A stretch of DNA of 18,884 bases from an uncultured Peptococcaceae bacterium (GCA_947625705.1 CANQPG010000026.1:1-18884), one strand, 5' to 3'. Counted from the stretch's first letter, positions 7,637-14,355 are shown. Numbers and translations are program-made. Notes: generated by a model from the sequence alone, not told the origin.

Positions 7637-8371
7637 TCAAAAATTACGCTTAATTGCTTCTATGATAGTAACGACAGCGGCAATACAGTTGATTATTGAA
7701 TGAAGCAATAAATACAAGTTAAAGCCATTGATGTAGAAATAAATAGCCGTTCCGACAGTGTTGATTAGGAGAATTGTAATTGCGGTTGCTAATATCCCTA
7801 TGTTAAGACTGGAATTGTTTATGCCAATTTCTTTTGCTGATCCTGCACTAATAGCTGTTATCCAACAAGTTAGAAAAAGAGATAATATATAAAAGAAAAT
7901 ATGATTTACACCGAAAGCAATAGAGTTAATTACACTGCTTAACAAAAGAAAAATGGAAATACCAACCCACCAACTGCATAGATTTGAGTAGATAATAACA
8001 GGTAATGAATAATGACCATAAATGGTTGTACTAAAAATCAAAACAACAAAATAGAGTACGGTGCCTAATATTGATATTCCAATGTATGCTAAAATAAGAT
8101 ATTCAACCAATGAATATGTGTGATTGCTTTCTTTGCTGCTGCCGTTACCTGAGCCGCCGCTGTTTTGCCCAGTTTTATCATCAAAGTTATAAGGACAAAC
8201 ACCATTAGTGTGCAGGTGTGCCGGATAGCCGTGGTGGTAATGATATTCGCCGGTGGATCTGTCATAGTGGCCGCCGTTTTCGTCGGTGCTTCCGCCATGA
8301 GCCAGCGCAACCGTCTGAAAACACAGCAGGCAGCACAGACATAGCAACAAAATGCGGCACGGTGTTTTCAT
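7637..8371 (-). CDS. Signal-peptide protein with a YHYH-type His-rich motif fused to a multi-pass AT-rich membrane domain
   Basis: 244 aa. RBS GGAAAGGA upstream. Signal peptide MKTPCRILLLCLCCLLCFQTVALA. Then HGGSTDENGGHYDRSTGEYHYHHGYPAHLH, a Gly/Ser linker, and about 5-6 hydrophobic helices. Confidence 0.75.
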   Translation of the reverse strand: MKTPCRILLLCLCCLLCFQTVALAHGGSTDENGGHYDRSTGEYHYHHGYPAHLHTNGVCPYNFDDKTGQNSGGSGNGSSKESNHTYSLVEYLILAYIGISILGTVLYFVVLIFSTTIYGHYSLPVIIYSNLCSWWVGISIFLLLSSVINSIAFGVNHIFFYILSLFLTCWITAISAGSAKEIGINNSSLNIGILATAITILLINTVGTAIYFYINGFNLYLLLHSIINCIAAVVTIIEAIKRNF

Positions 8372-8395
8372 TTTGGCTTATCCTTTCCGATACCC

Positions 8396-9058
8396 TTATT
8401 TGCCCACGCAGTCCTTGCAGGGCGCATAGCCCATGTTTTCGGCTGCGGCCTTGGTGATAGCCATGACTTGACGATCCCGTATGTGGTAGCAATCGGCCGT
8501 ATGATAACTCCGACCGCTGGCGGTTATGTAATACTCGCCGGCGATGGGCGCGGCGGTAACCTCCGGGGCGGCAAGCTGATCAGCGGAAGTGTCGTTGAGC
8601 TGCGCTGCCAACACCGGAAATACTGCCAACATTAGAACAAAAGCAAAAATCAGTATATTGCGCCGCAAATGGTTAGGCGGTTTCAAAAGCTTGTCGGCAA
8701 AGTAGGCGGCCTCGGCTTCTTGCTGAACGCAGGCCGCCGGGGAGATGACGTCGGTGGAGATATGCCCCAGCAGGATATGCCCAATTTCATGCGCCAAAAG
8801 GCGGGGCAGCATATCCGGCGGCAGATTTTCCCGCATGAAGATCAGTTTTGTTTGGCCGAGTTGCTGCGAAAAGGCGTCTTTGTGTCTGATATACTCCTTT
8901 AACTCAAGCTGGCGGATAATGGCGTCATTTTCATTGTTAAAAAGAAATATTTGCCAGCCTAAATTGTTGATGTAAGCGCTTAGATTGGTAAAATTTGGCT
9001 GGGAGCCTAACGCTCGGCGGACTTGCCGCGCCATTTTGCTGATTTGCCGTTTGTCCAT
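8396..9058 (-). CDS. ImmA/IrrE-family zinc metalloprotease with a transmembrane helix and a C-terminal Cys/His domain
   Basis: 220 aa. HEIGH in LLAHEIGHILLGH. TM helix ILIFAFVLMLAVFPVLAA preceded by LRRN. C-terminal YHTADCYHIRDRQVMAITKAAAENMGYAPCKDC resembles Ada-type / secreted Zn-binding motifs. Lies directly downstream of the XRE repressor, as in immR-immA pairs. Confidence 0.8.
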   Translation of the reverse strand: MDKRQISKMARQVRRALGSQPNFTNLSAYINNLGWQIFLFNNENDAIIRQLELKEYIRHKDAFSQQLGQTKLIFMRENLPPDMLPRLLAHEIGHILLGHISTDVISPAACVQQEAEAAYFADKLLKPPNHLRRNILIFAFVLMLAVFPVLAAQLNDTSADQLAAPEVTAAPIAGEYYITASGRSYHTADCYHIRDRQVMAITKAAAENMGYAPCKDCVGK

Positions 9059-9132
9059 TGTAAACCCTCCTGAAAGTTGTTTACAACAGATTTCGACAAA
9101 ATGCTACAATATCATTTTTGCGGCAGTATAAG

Positions 9133-9663
9133 TTATTTATCAGTGTTTTTATTTTGGGAGCGTAATTGCTCGTAGAGCTTTTCGGCAGCTGCGATTTGTT
9201 CTGGGGTGGGCGGCGGCATAATGCGGTTATCGCCGCCATAGGCCACAAGCCTGACGCCTTGCTTTTTTGCCTCTTGCTGCTTTTTCAGTGCAGCAAGAGC
9301 TATTTTTTCTTTTTCTGCTTCGGTAAGCGCCGGAGGCTGCTGGGGATTTTCCATAAGCAGCAAGCTATCCAACATATTATCTGCGGCCTTTTGCCCGGTG
9401 GGCGAAAGCTGCAGATATTTTTTTATGCCCTCCGGCAGGGAGGCGTCGGCAAAAATGGCGGTGGGCTGATCAGCACGCCCCAGCAGATAATCCACCGAGC
9501 AGCCGAGGTAGTCAGCTAATTTTATCAGCGTTTCACCATTGGGCAAAGCTCCATCTTTTTTCCATTTGGTTGCAACTGGGGAAGATAAACCGATTGCCTT
9601 AACTACGGGATTGGGTTTTGTATTTTTTTTTATACATAAATCGTAAAATCGCTCCCAGAACAT
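9133..9663 (-). CDS. XRE-family HTH repressor (CI/ImmR-like)
   Basis: 176 aa. N-terminal HTH (KAIGLSSPVATKWKKDGALPNGETLIKLADYLGCSVDYLLGR). No recognisable S24 Ser-Lys peptidase segment in the C-terminal half. Divergent from the early operon. Confidence 0.85.
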   Translation of the reverse strand: MFWERFYDLCIKKNTKPNPVVKAIGLSSPVATKWKKDGALPNGETLIKLADYLGCSVDYLLGRADQPTAIFADASLPEGIKKYLQLSPTGQKAADNMLDSLLLMENPQQPPALTEAEKEKIALAALKKQQEAKKQGVRLVAYGGDNRIMPPPTPEQIAAAEKLYEQLRSQNKNTDK

Positions 9664-9679
9664 ATAGACCTCCGAAAAA

Positions 9680-9756
9680 AACTAACAAAAGTTAACAAAA
9701 GGCGTTGACAAACTAATAAAAGTTAGTTATAATATACCCAAGTTAATCATTTAACC
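9680..9756. promoter_or_regulatory. Operator-like repeats in the repressor/early-promoter intergenic region
   Basis: AACTAACAAAAGTTAAC (9680-9696) and AACTAATAAAAGTTAGTT (9711-9728; AACTAA/TTAGTT inverted arms) are 31 bp apart. The second fills the -35/-10 spacer. A third palindrome, GTTAATCATTTAAC, lies at 9742-9755. Confidence 0.45.
9705..9733 (+). promoter_or_regulatory. Consensus sigma-A-type early (rightward) promoter
   Basis: TTGACA (9705-9710), exact 17-nt spacer, TATAAT (9728-9733). About 85 nt upstream of the first rightward ORF. Confidence 0.6.
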
Positions 9757-9819
9757 TAAGTATACCAAAGAGGTAAAAAAAAAGCAATATTCTGGTATTG
9801 CCGGAGGGGAGGTGACAAG

Positions 9820-10122
9820 ATGGCAGTTGTAAATAGCGGAGATTATGTAGTAGAAGATTTTGAAGTGGTTGAGCTTTCTGAAAAAGGTCTGGCTTTTATA
9901 GCGGCATTGGAGGCAGGAATTGAAATGCCTGTGTTTTTGCAGTTTTGGGAGCTTTATCAAGCGAGGTTAGCCGAGCAAGCTGAAAGAGTGCTCGACGAGC
10001 AAACCCAAGCAAAAGGTTATAAGCGGCATGACTATGGCAAGTATTTGCAGGCAGTAATGTATACGCTGGTTGGTTTCACGGCGGGTCTGATATTCGACAT
10101 AGCGCTGACCATTATCAGATAA
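9820..10122 (+). CDS. Hypothetical small protein with a C-terminal hydrophobic helix (first rightward gene)
   Basis: 100 aa. Strong RBS GGAGGGGAGGTG ending 6 nt before the ATG. C-terminal MYTLVGFTAGLIFDIALTII. Overlaps the 3' end of the convergent ORF 9967-10293 by 156 nt, so one of the two may be shorter or not real. Confidence 0.55.
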   Translation: MAVVNSGDYVVEDFEVVELSEKGLAFIAALEAGIEMPVFLQFWELYQARLAEQAERVLDEQTQAKGYKRHDYGKYLQAVMYTLVGFTAGLIFDIALTIIR

Positions 10123-10293
10123 ATAGAAAAGGCCGCTCCAAGCGTGGTTGGGCGGAATGGTTATGGGAGATATAAAGCCAAGATTGATTAGGTTAGCAAC
10201 ATCTTTGCGGTCCAAGGCCATTTTGGTGGATTGGGTCAGAGAACGCAAAATAGCTTCTTCTTTGGCAGTTAATTGTATTTCCGAGTAATTCAT
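9967..10293 (-). CDS. Hypothetical protein with a C-terminal hydrophobic helix, convergent with and overlapping 9820-10122
   Basis: 108 aa. RBS GAAAGGAAG about 8 nt before the ATG (10293). Its own candidate promoter lies upstream. The non-overlapping N-terminal 57 aa (MNYSEIQLTAKEEAILRSLTQ...) looks protein-like. Confidence 0.5.
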   Translation of the reverse strand: MNYSEIQLTAKEEAILRSLTQSTKMALDRKDVANLINLGFISPITIPPNHAWSGLFYLSDNGQRYVEYQTRRETNQRIHYCLQILAIVMPLITFCLGLLVEHSFSLLG

Positions 10294-10317
10294 GAGTGCT
10301 TCTTCCTTTCGCTGATT

Positions 10318-10346
10318 ATTATAGCACGGCGGGCGGGGACAAACAA
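10318..10346 (-). promoter_or_regulatory. Candidate leftward promoter with extended -10
   Basis: On the minus strand: TTGTTT (10346-10341), 17-nt spacer ending in TGC, then TATAAT (10323-10318). This gives TGnTATAAT, about 25 nt upstream of the ATG at 10293. Confidence 0.4.
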
Positions 10347-10364
10347 GTTAAGGGAGGTGATGAT

Positions 10365-10568
10365 ATGGCAGTTGGGCAGAACATCAGGGCGAGACGCGAG
10401 GCTATGAATATGCAGCAGATGGAGCTGGCGGACAAGCTGGGGGTTACGAAAGCGTTTGTTTCGCAGATTGAAATGGGGCGCAAGCAGCCGCCGGTTTGGT
10501 TATGCGCGGCGGCTGCAGAAATTCTTGGCTGCACCATTGATGAGCTGGTAAACGGGAAAGCGAGTTAA
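10365..10568 (+). CDS. XRE-family HTH protein (Cro-like)
   Basis: Start taken at ATG 10365 (RBS AAGGGAGGTGA, 5 nt spacing) rather than the track start at 10296. 67 aa. MAVGQNIRARREAMNMQQMELADKLGVTKAFVSQIEMGRKQP is a canonical HTH_3 pattern. Confidence 0.8.
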   Translation: MAVGQNIRARREAMNMQQMELADKLGVTKAFVSQIEMGRKQPPVWLCAAAAEILGCTIDELVNGKAS

Positions 10569-10587
10569 GGAGAGGGGCGACGACAGA

Positions 10588-10863
10588 ATGTTTTTCAAAA
10601 AACAACGTAAGGCTGATTATGATGTATCCAGGTCTCAATTTCAATTAAGAGTGTGTGAAGACGAGATGTATAGGCTGCGCTTTATAAACGGGCGATTGCG
10701 AAAAATACTTCGTGACATAAGACCTGTTGATATAGCTATTCAGTCAGTAAGTCGGCGAATTGTTCGCAATGAACAATGTACGAATGATAAAGAATATGCG
10801 GAGTTGGTAAGAGCCTTTGCTTCATTGGTTGAGGCAAGGGGTAGTTATCAGATAAAGGAATGA
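10588..10863 (+). CDS. Hypothetical phage early protein
   Basis: 91 aa. RBS AAGGAGAGGGG upstream. In line with the operon. No motif recognised. Confidence 0.6.
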   Translation: MFFKKQRKADYDVSRSQFQLRVCEDEMYRLRFINGRLRKILRDIRPVDIAIQSVSRRIVRNEQCTNDKEYAELVRAFASLVEARGSYQIKE

Positions 10864-10868
10864 CGGTA

Positions 10869-11276
10869 ATGTTAAGCACTTACAGCAGCTTGAAGCGGCG
10901 CACGCCGCTGAAAACCAAAACACCGCTTAAGGCCAAGACGCCGCTGAAGCGGAAAACACCGCTGGCGGGCAAAAGCGCGCTGAAGCGGGGCAAGGGGTAC
11001 GCTAAGCCTAGTGCGCCCAGCATTATGCAGGAGGAAAAGCGGTGCTATTTGACCGGGAAAACGGAGAATTTGGTCAAGCACCACATATATCCGGGGGCGC
11101 GGCGCAAGGCAAGCGACGAATGGGGCTGTTGGGTGTGGCTGACCGCGGCGGCGCACACGGGCGCGGCGGGGGTGCACAGCAGCGCGGAGCGTATGCGGGA
11201 GCTGCAAGCGGAATGTTATCGGCGCTTTGTGGCGCTTTATGGCGTCGACAAGTTTGTGGAGGTTTTCGGTCACTGA
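10869..11276 (+). CDS. HNH/NinG-like phage protein with an N-terminal basic K-T-P-L-K repeat
   Basis: ATG 10869 has AAGGAA 8 nt upstream; the alternative ATG at 10860 forms an ATGA overlap with the previous stop. RRTPLKTKTPLKAKTPLKRKTPLAGKSALKR is followed by CYLTGK..LVKHHIYPG....AAAH, which resembles His-Me finger / NinG-type proteins from memory. Confidence 0.55.
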   Translation: MLSTYSSLKRRTPLKTKTPLKAKTPLKRKTPLAGKSALKRGKGYAKPSAPSIMQEEKRCYLTGKTENLVKHHIYPGARRKASDEWGCWVWLTAAAHTGAAGVHSSAERMRELQAECYRRFVALYGVDKFVEVFGH

Positions 11277-11416
11277 TGAGATGCGTGAGCAAGCATAAAA
11301 AAGTGCGCCCCGCTGGCGGCAACCAACGGGACGCGAGGTAAGAATAAAACATTTGAACTGCTTGTATTTTATCGCTTGCGGGCGAAAAAGTCAAGCATTG
11401 ATTTGGAGTGAGAGGA

Positions 11417-11635
11417 ATGGCTAAAAAGGTTACGTTTGATATTTATTTTGTGGGTGCGGACGGGCGGCCAACCAAAACGCCGCCGAAGCTTGATGTGACG
11501 AACATACCCAGAGCCGCGCTTACCCCGGCCTGCCCGATACTGCGCGACATGATAAGAAAAGCTATGGCCAACCCGCAAATGCGGCGGGAATTTGAGGAAT
11601 GGCGGGCAGGGAGAGGTGATCTCAATGCCACGTGA
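11417..11635 (+). CDS. Hypothetical phage early protein
   Basis: 72 aa from ATG 11417 (GGAG about 9 nt upstream). The track start at 11408 is a GTG. No motif recognised. Confidence 0.55.
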   Translation: MAKKVTFDIYFVGADGRPTKTPPKLDVTNIPRAALTPACPILRDMIRKAMANPQMRREFEEWRAGRGDLNAT

Positions 11636-11798
11636 GCGTTATGTTGGACAAGAGCGACGGCAGCAGCACCGTATGGCAATATGCCGGAAATGCGGCAAAA
11701 ACTGGGTGATCGCTGCCGCTCAGGAAGTGCCGGAGAGCGGGTATTTATGCCCGCACTGCCGGGCTAAGCGAAAGGGGGACAAGCCCCATGAGAAGTAA
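11625..11798 (+). CDS. Small Zn-ribbon protein (CxxC...CxxC)
   Basis: Start taken at ATG 11625 (RBS GAGAGGTGA, 5 nt spacing), overlapping the previous gene by 11 nt. 57 aa containing CRKCGKN...CPHCRAK. Confidence 0.55.
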   Translation: MPRERYVGQERRQQHRMAICRKCGKNWVIAAAQEVPESGYLCPHCRAKRKGDKPHEK

Positions 11799-12102
11799 CT
11801 GCACGGAATACATATTCCGCATGGAGAACGGCACGCCGATTAAGCCGGTGAAAGTGGCGAAAGCCAACGCCAAATGCAAACACTGCGGTAGGAAGATCCG
11901 CTTTATCCGCTCGGAATTTGGGCAGCTGATCCCGGCGGAGGACAAGCTGAATATTGTTGATCCGGGCGCCTCGCCGTTTGACGCAGAAAAGTTCATAACC
12001 CGCGACGGCATGGAGCTGAGCGGCGTTATTGTGGAACGTGGCCGCAGCGGCTGCCGGTTGGGGTTTAAGGTACATAAGTGCAGGGAAAGGAGCGTGGAGT
12101 GA
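11788..12102 (+). CDS. Hypothetical phage early protein (one CxxC)
   Basis: 104 aa. RBS AAGGGGGA 9 nt upstream. Overlaps the previous stop by 11 nt. Contains CKHCGRK. Confidence 0.6.
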   Translation: MRSNCTEYIFRMENGTPIKPVKVAKANAKCKHCGRKIRFIRSEFGQLIPAEDKLNIVDPGASPFDAEKFITRDGMELSGVIVERGRSGCRLGFKVHKCRERSVE

Positions 12103-12360
12103 ATGGCTAAACCAAAAGCTGTTCTTTCGGTATTTTTAGACCAGAATTATAAAACAGCGGTAACCGCGGAGGGAAATATAGAAGACATGATTTACTGCTG
12201 TAGTGTAGGCTTCTTAAGCCTTGCCCAAACAATGATGGCAAAAGGTTCTCCCAAAGAAAAAGTGCACGACTTTTTTAGCGGGTTGATAGATGTCACAATC
12301 GACGCTGCCGTTGAAGAGTATGAGAACAAAAAAGGGGGAGTGTCTGATAATGCAGACTAA
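12103..12360 (+). CDS. Hypothetical phage early protein
   Basis: 85 aa. The ATG immediately follows the previous TGA. GGAG upstream. No motif recognised. Confidence 0.6.
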   Translation: MAKPKAVLSVFLDQNYKTAVTAEGNIEDMIYCCSVGFLSLAQTMMAKGSPKEKVHDFFSGLIDVTIDAAVEEYENKKGGVSDNAD

Positions 12361-12838
12361 ACATATGACCGCCGTGCTGGCGGTAATTATTCTTCTGCTG
12401 CTGGGCATTGTGCTGCTGGCCGGGGCGCTCGATCACACGGTTACGGCGGCGCTGGCAAGCGAAAAGAGCGCCGTGCCGATCATGGCCATTGAGACCCCGG
12501 CCATAGCCAAGCCGGACAAGCCGCAGGAGTTGTGGCGCATAACCGCGTACTGCGGCTGTGCCACCTGCTGCGGCGAGTACGCCAACAACCGCCCGGAGGG
12601 AAAGGTAGTCGGTGCGGCCGGTGTGGAACTGGTGCAGGGCGTCAGCTGCGCGGCCAGAGGGCTGCCGCTGGGTACGGTAGTGCGGATTGAGGGAATAGGC
12701 GAGTTTATTGTGCAGGATCGGACGGGCAAGGAGCAAGCCGAGATGTACGATAACAAGTTGATCGACCTGTATTTTACCGACCATGAGGCAGCGAAAGTGT
12801 TTGGGCGTACGAACAGGGCGGTGGAGGTGCTGAGATGA
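12350..12838 (+). CDS. Membrane-anchored 3D-domain (MltA-like double-psi beta-barrel) protein
   Basis: Start taken at ATG 12350 (GGGGAG upstream) rather than the track start at 12290. TM helix MTAVLAVIILLLLGIVLLAGA. ITAYCGCATCCG...GLPLGTVVRIEGIGEFIVQDRTG...LIDLYF matches the 3D-domain pattern. Confidence 0.75.
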   Translation: MQTKHMTAVLAVIILLLLGIVLLAGALDHTVTAALASEKSAVPIMAIETPAIAKPDKPQELWRITAYCGCATCCGEYANNRPEGKVVGAAGVELVQGVSCAARGLPLGTVVRIEGIGEFIVQDRTGKEQAEMYDNKLIDLYFTDHEAAKVFGRTNRAVEVLR

Positions 12839-13113
12839 CCGACCAAAGGGAGATTAAGAGATACCGCTGTATAAAAGAGTGTCAGTTTGATAAATGCGAT
12901 GACGATGGATTTTTTATTGAGAACGAATATGAATATGTTTTGCCCGGTAGCATTTGGCAAGAAAGCACATTCTTAATCGCTGGCGGAGCAGACAACGTGC
13001 ATCTTGACAGAGAGGACGGAAAGCCAAACACAATAGAATGGTGTGAGCCAACAAAAGAAACGCTGTCAGAATGTTTTGAGCAGATAGAAAGTCTTTACAT
13101 AGACGAGCATTAA
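12835..13113 (+). CDS. Hypothetical acidic phage protein
   Basis: 92 aa. ATGA start/stop overlap with the previous gene. RBS GGAGGTG. Confidence 0.65.
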   Translation: MTDQREIKRYRCIKECQFDKCDDDGFFIENEYEYVLPGSIWQESTFLIAGGADNVHLDREDGKPNTIEWCEPTKETLSECFEQIESLYIDEH

Positions 13114-13128
13114 CGGGAGGTGCCGGAA

Positions 13129-13374
13129 ATGACCAACAATGATGTGGCAATGATAATTAAGCGGCTGCAAGGCCGGACGGCCAAGCAGGGACAGGCTCTG
13201 GCGGACGTCACCGACAAGGCCGACAAACTGGAAGAGCGGCTGCGGAACACGGAGCAGGCGCAGGCCAAAGCGAGCAAGGCGCTTGCGGCTCGGCGGCGTC
13301 GGTTGGTGGCGTGGGCGCTGCTGATTTTGACCTGCATTGGTGTCGGTATGGTGCTGGGCTTTGCGACGGTGTGA
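13129..13374 (+). CDS. Hypothetical coiled-coil protein with a C-terminal TM helix
   Basis: ATG 13129 with GGGAGGTG 6 nt upstream; the track start at 13120 is a GTG. Charged helical region, then WALLILTCIGVGMVLGFATV. Confidence 0.6.
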   Translation: MTNNDVAMIIKRLQGRTAKQGQALADVTDKADKLEERLRNTEQAQAKASKALAARRRRLVAWALLILTCIGVGMVLGFATV

Positions 13375-13394
13375 TATAAGGAGGATTGAAAACT

Positions 13395-14000
13395 ATGAAA
13401 AAACTGACTGTTAAATTGACTTTTATCGAAGAACTGCTGGGTACAAGCCCGGCGAATGAAGATATTTACCGCGATTTTGTGGGCAGCAAAGCACCTGACG
13501 CGGCAACCGTGGAAGATGAAATAGCTGCTGTGGGCGTTGACGGCGTGGTTGAAAAGGGTAAGACCGTTTTCCCGCGCATGGTGGACGGCACGCCGTTTGT
13601 GTATGATTACCAGATCAAGGGCTTTTTCAAAGATACCGCCGGGGCGCTGCGTAAGGTTGAGGGTACAAAATCCAGCAAGATCAAGGCGTTCAAAAAGGAG
13701 ATTGACAAACTGATCTTCCCGGAGCCGCGCTGTATACCGATTGTGTTTGCCGGTGCGACCGGCGAATGTCAACGACCGCTGCGGGCTTCTACACCGCAGG
13801 GTGAGCGCGTTGGTCTTGCTATCAGCGAGGCGATCCCGGCGGGAGCCTCGATTGAATTTTCGGTGATTTGCTTATCTGATAACCACGCTGAAACCGTAAA
13901 AGAATGGCTGGATTATGGTAAATTCAGCGGTTTGGGTCAGTGGCGTAACAGCGGTAAAGGACGTTTTACATGGGAGCTGCTGGCCGAAGAAGACCTCTAA
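13395..14000 (+). CDS. Hypothetical phage protein with a C-terminal GxGx5GxG glycine-rich loop
   Basis: ATG 13395 with AAGGAGGA 9 nt upstream; the track start at 13386 is a TTG. 201 aa. Ends ...KFSGLGQWRNSGKGRFTWELLAEEDL. Confidence 0.7.
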   Translation: MKKLTVKLTFIEELLGTSPANEDIYRDFVGSKAPDAATVEDEIAAVGVDGVVEKGKTVFPRMVDGTPFVYDYQIKGFFKDTAGALRKVEGTKSSKIKAFKKEIDKLIFPEPRCIPIVFAGATGECQRPLRASTPQGERVGLAISEAIPAGASIEFSVICLSDNHAETVKEWLDYGKFSGLGQWRNSGKGRFTWELLAEEDL

Positions 14001-14355
14001 AGCAATGGCGTGGCCTAGCCTTGAAGTGTTTTGCACGGCGAAGCAACGCAACGGCTAAGTGCAGTTTAGTTTTGCAATGGAAACGCCAAGCTTAGCGTAG
14101 CGTGGCAATGGAAGCGCTTAGTTTAGTGCAGCTTAGCGATGGTAAGGCGCCGAATGGTGACGTTTTGCGGGGGCAAGGCGCTGTGTGGTATTTAATGGCA
14201 AAGGAATAGCATTGCAAGGACTGGCGTAGCGTGGCAATGGAACAGCAAGGTGTTGCTGATCTAGGCATTGCATGGCAAAAGGTTTGGCCAGGCGAAGTTT
14301 TGCAGCGAATTGTACGGCCAAGGTAAGGCAAAGCAGCGAGGGGCAGCGATTTGAT
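14001..14355. repeat. Region with stops in the six-frame track, carrying degenerate direct and inverted repeats (GCAATGG core)
   Basis: Exact 19-nt direct repeat GCGTAGCGTGGCAATGGAA at 14095-14113 and 14224-14242. GCAATGG also at 14002 and 14074. The reverse form CATTGC at 14210 and 14266. TAAGTGCAGTTTAGTTTTGCAATGG (14056-14080) resembles TTAGTTTAGTGCAGCTTAGCGATGG (14118-14142). The plus-strand frame I translated by hand hits about nine stops, and the track shows no plus-strand ORF before 14272. Confidence 0.6.

Noticed and set aside
10296-10364. Upstream start (10296) for the Cro-like HTH ORF
   Set aside because: It has no RBS and would overlap the leftward promoter and start region. ATG 10365 has an AAGGGAGGTGA RBS and gives a standard 67-aa HTH protein.
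12293-13772. Long minus-strand ORFs 12293-12784, 12433-12960 and 13110-13772 across the early operon
   Set aside because: They span several well-supported plus-strand genes that have RBSs and start/stop coupling. The translations are low complexity. They are interpreted as shadows.
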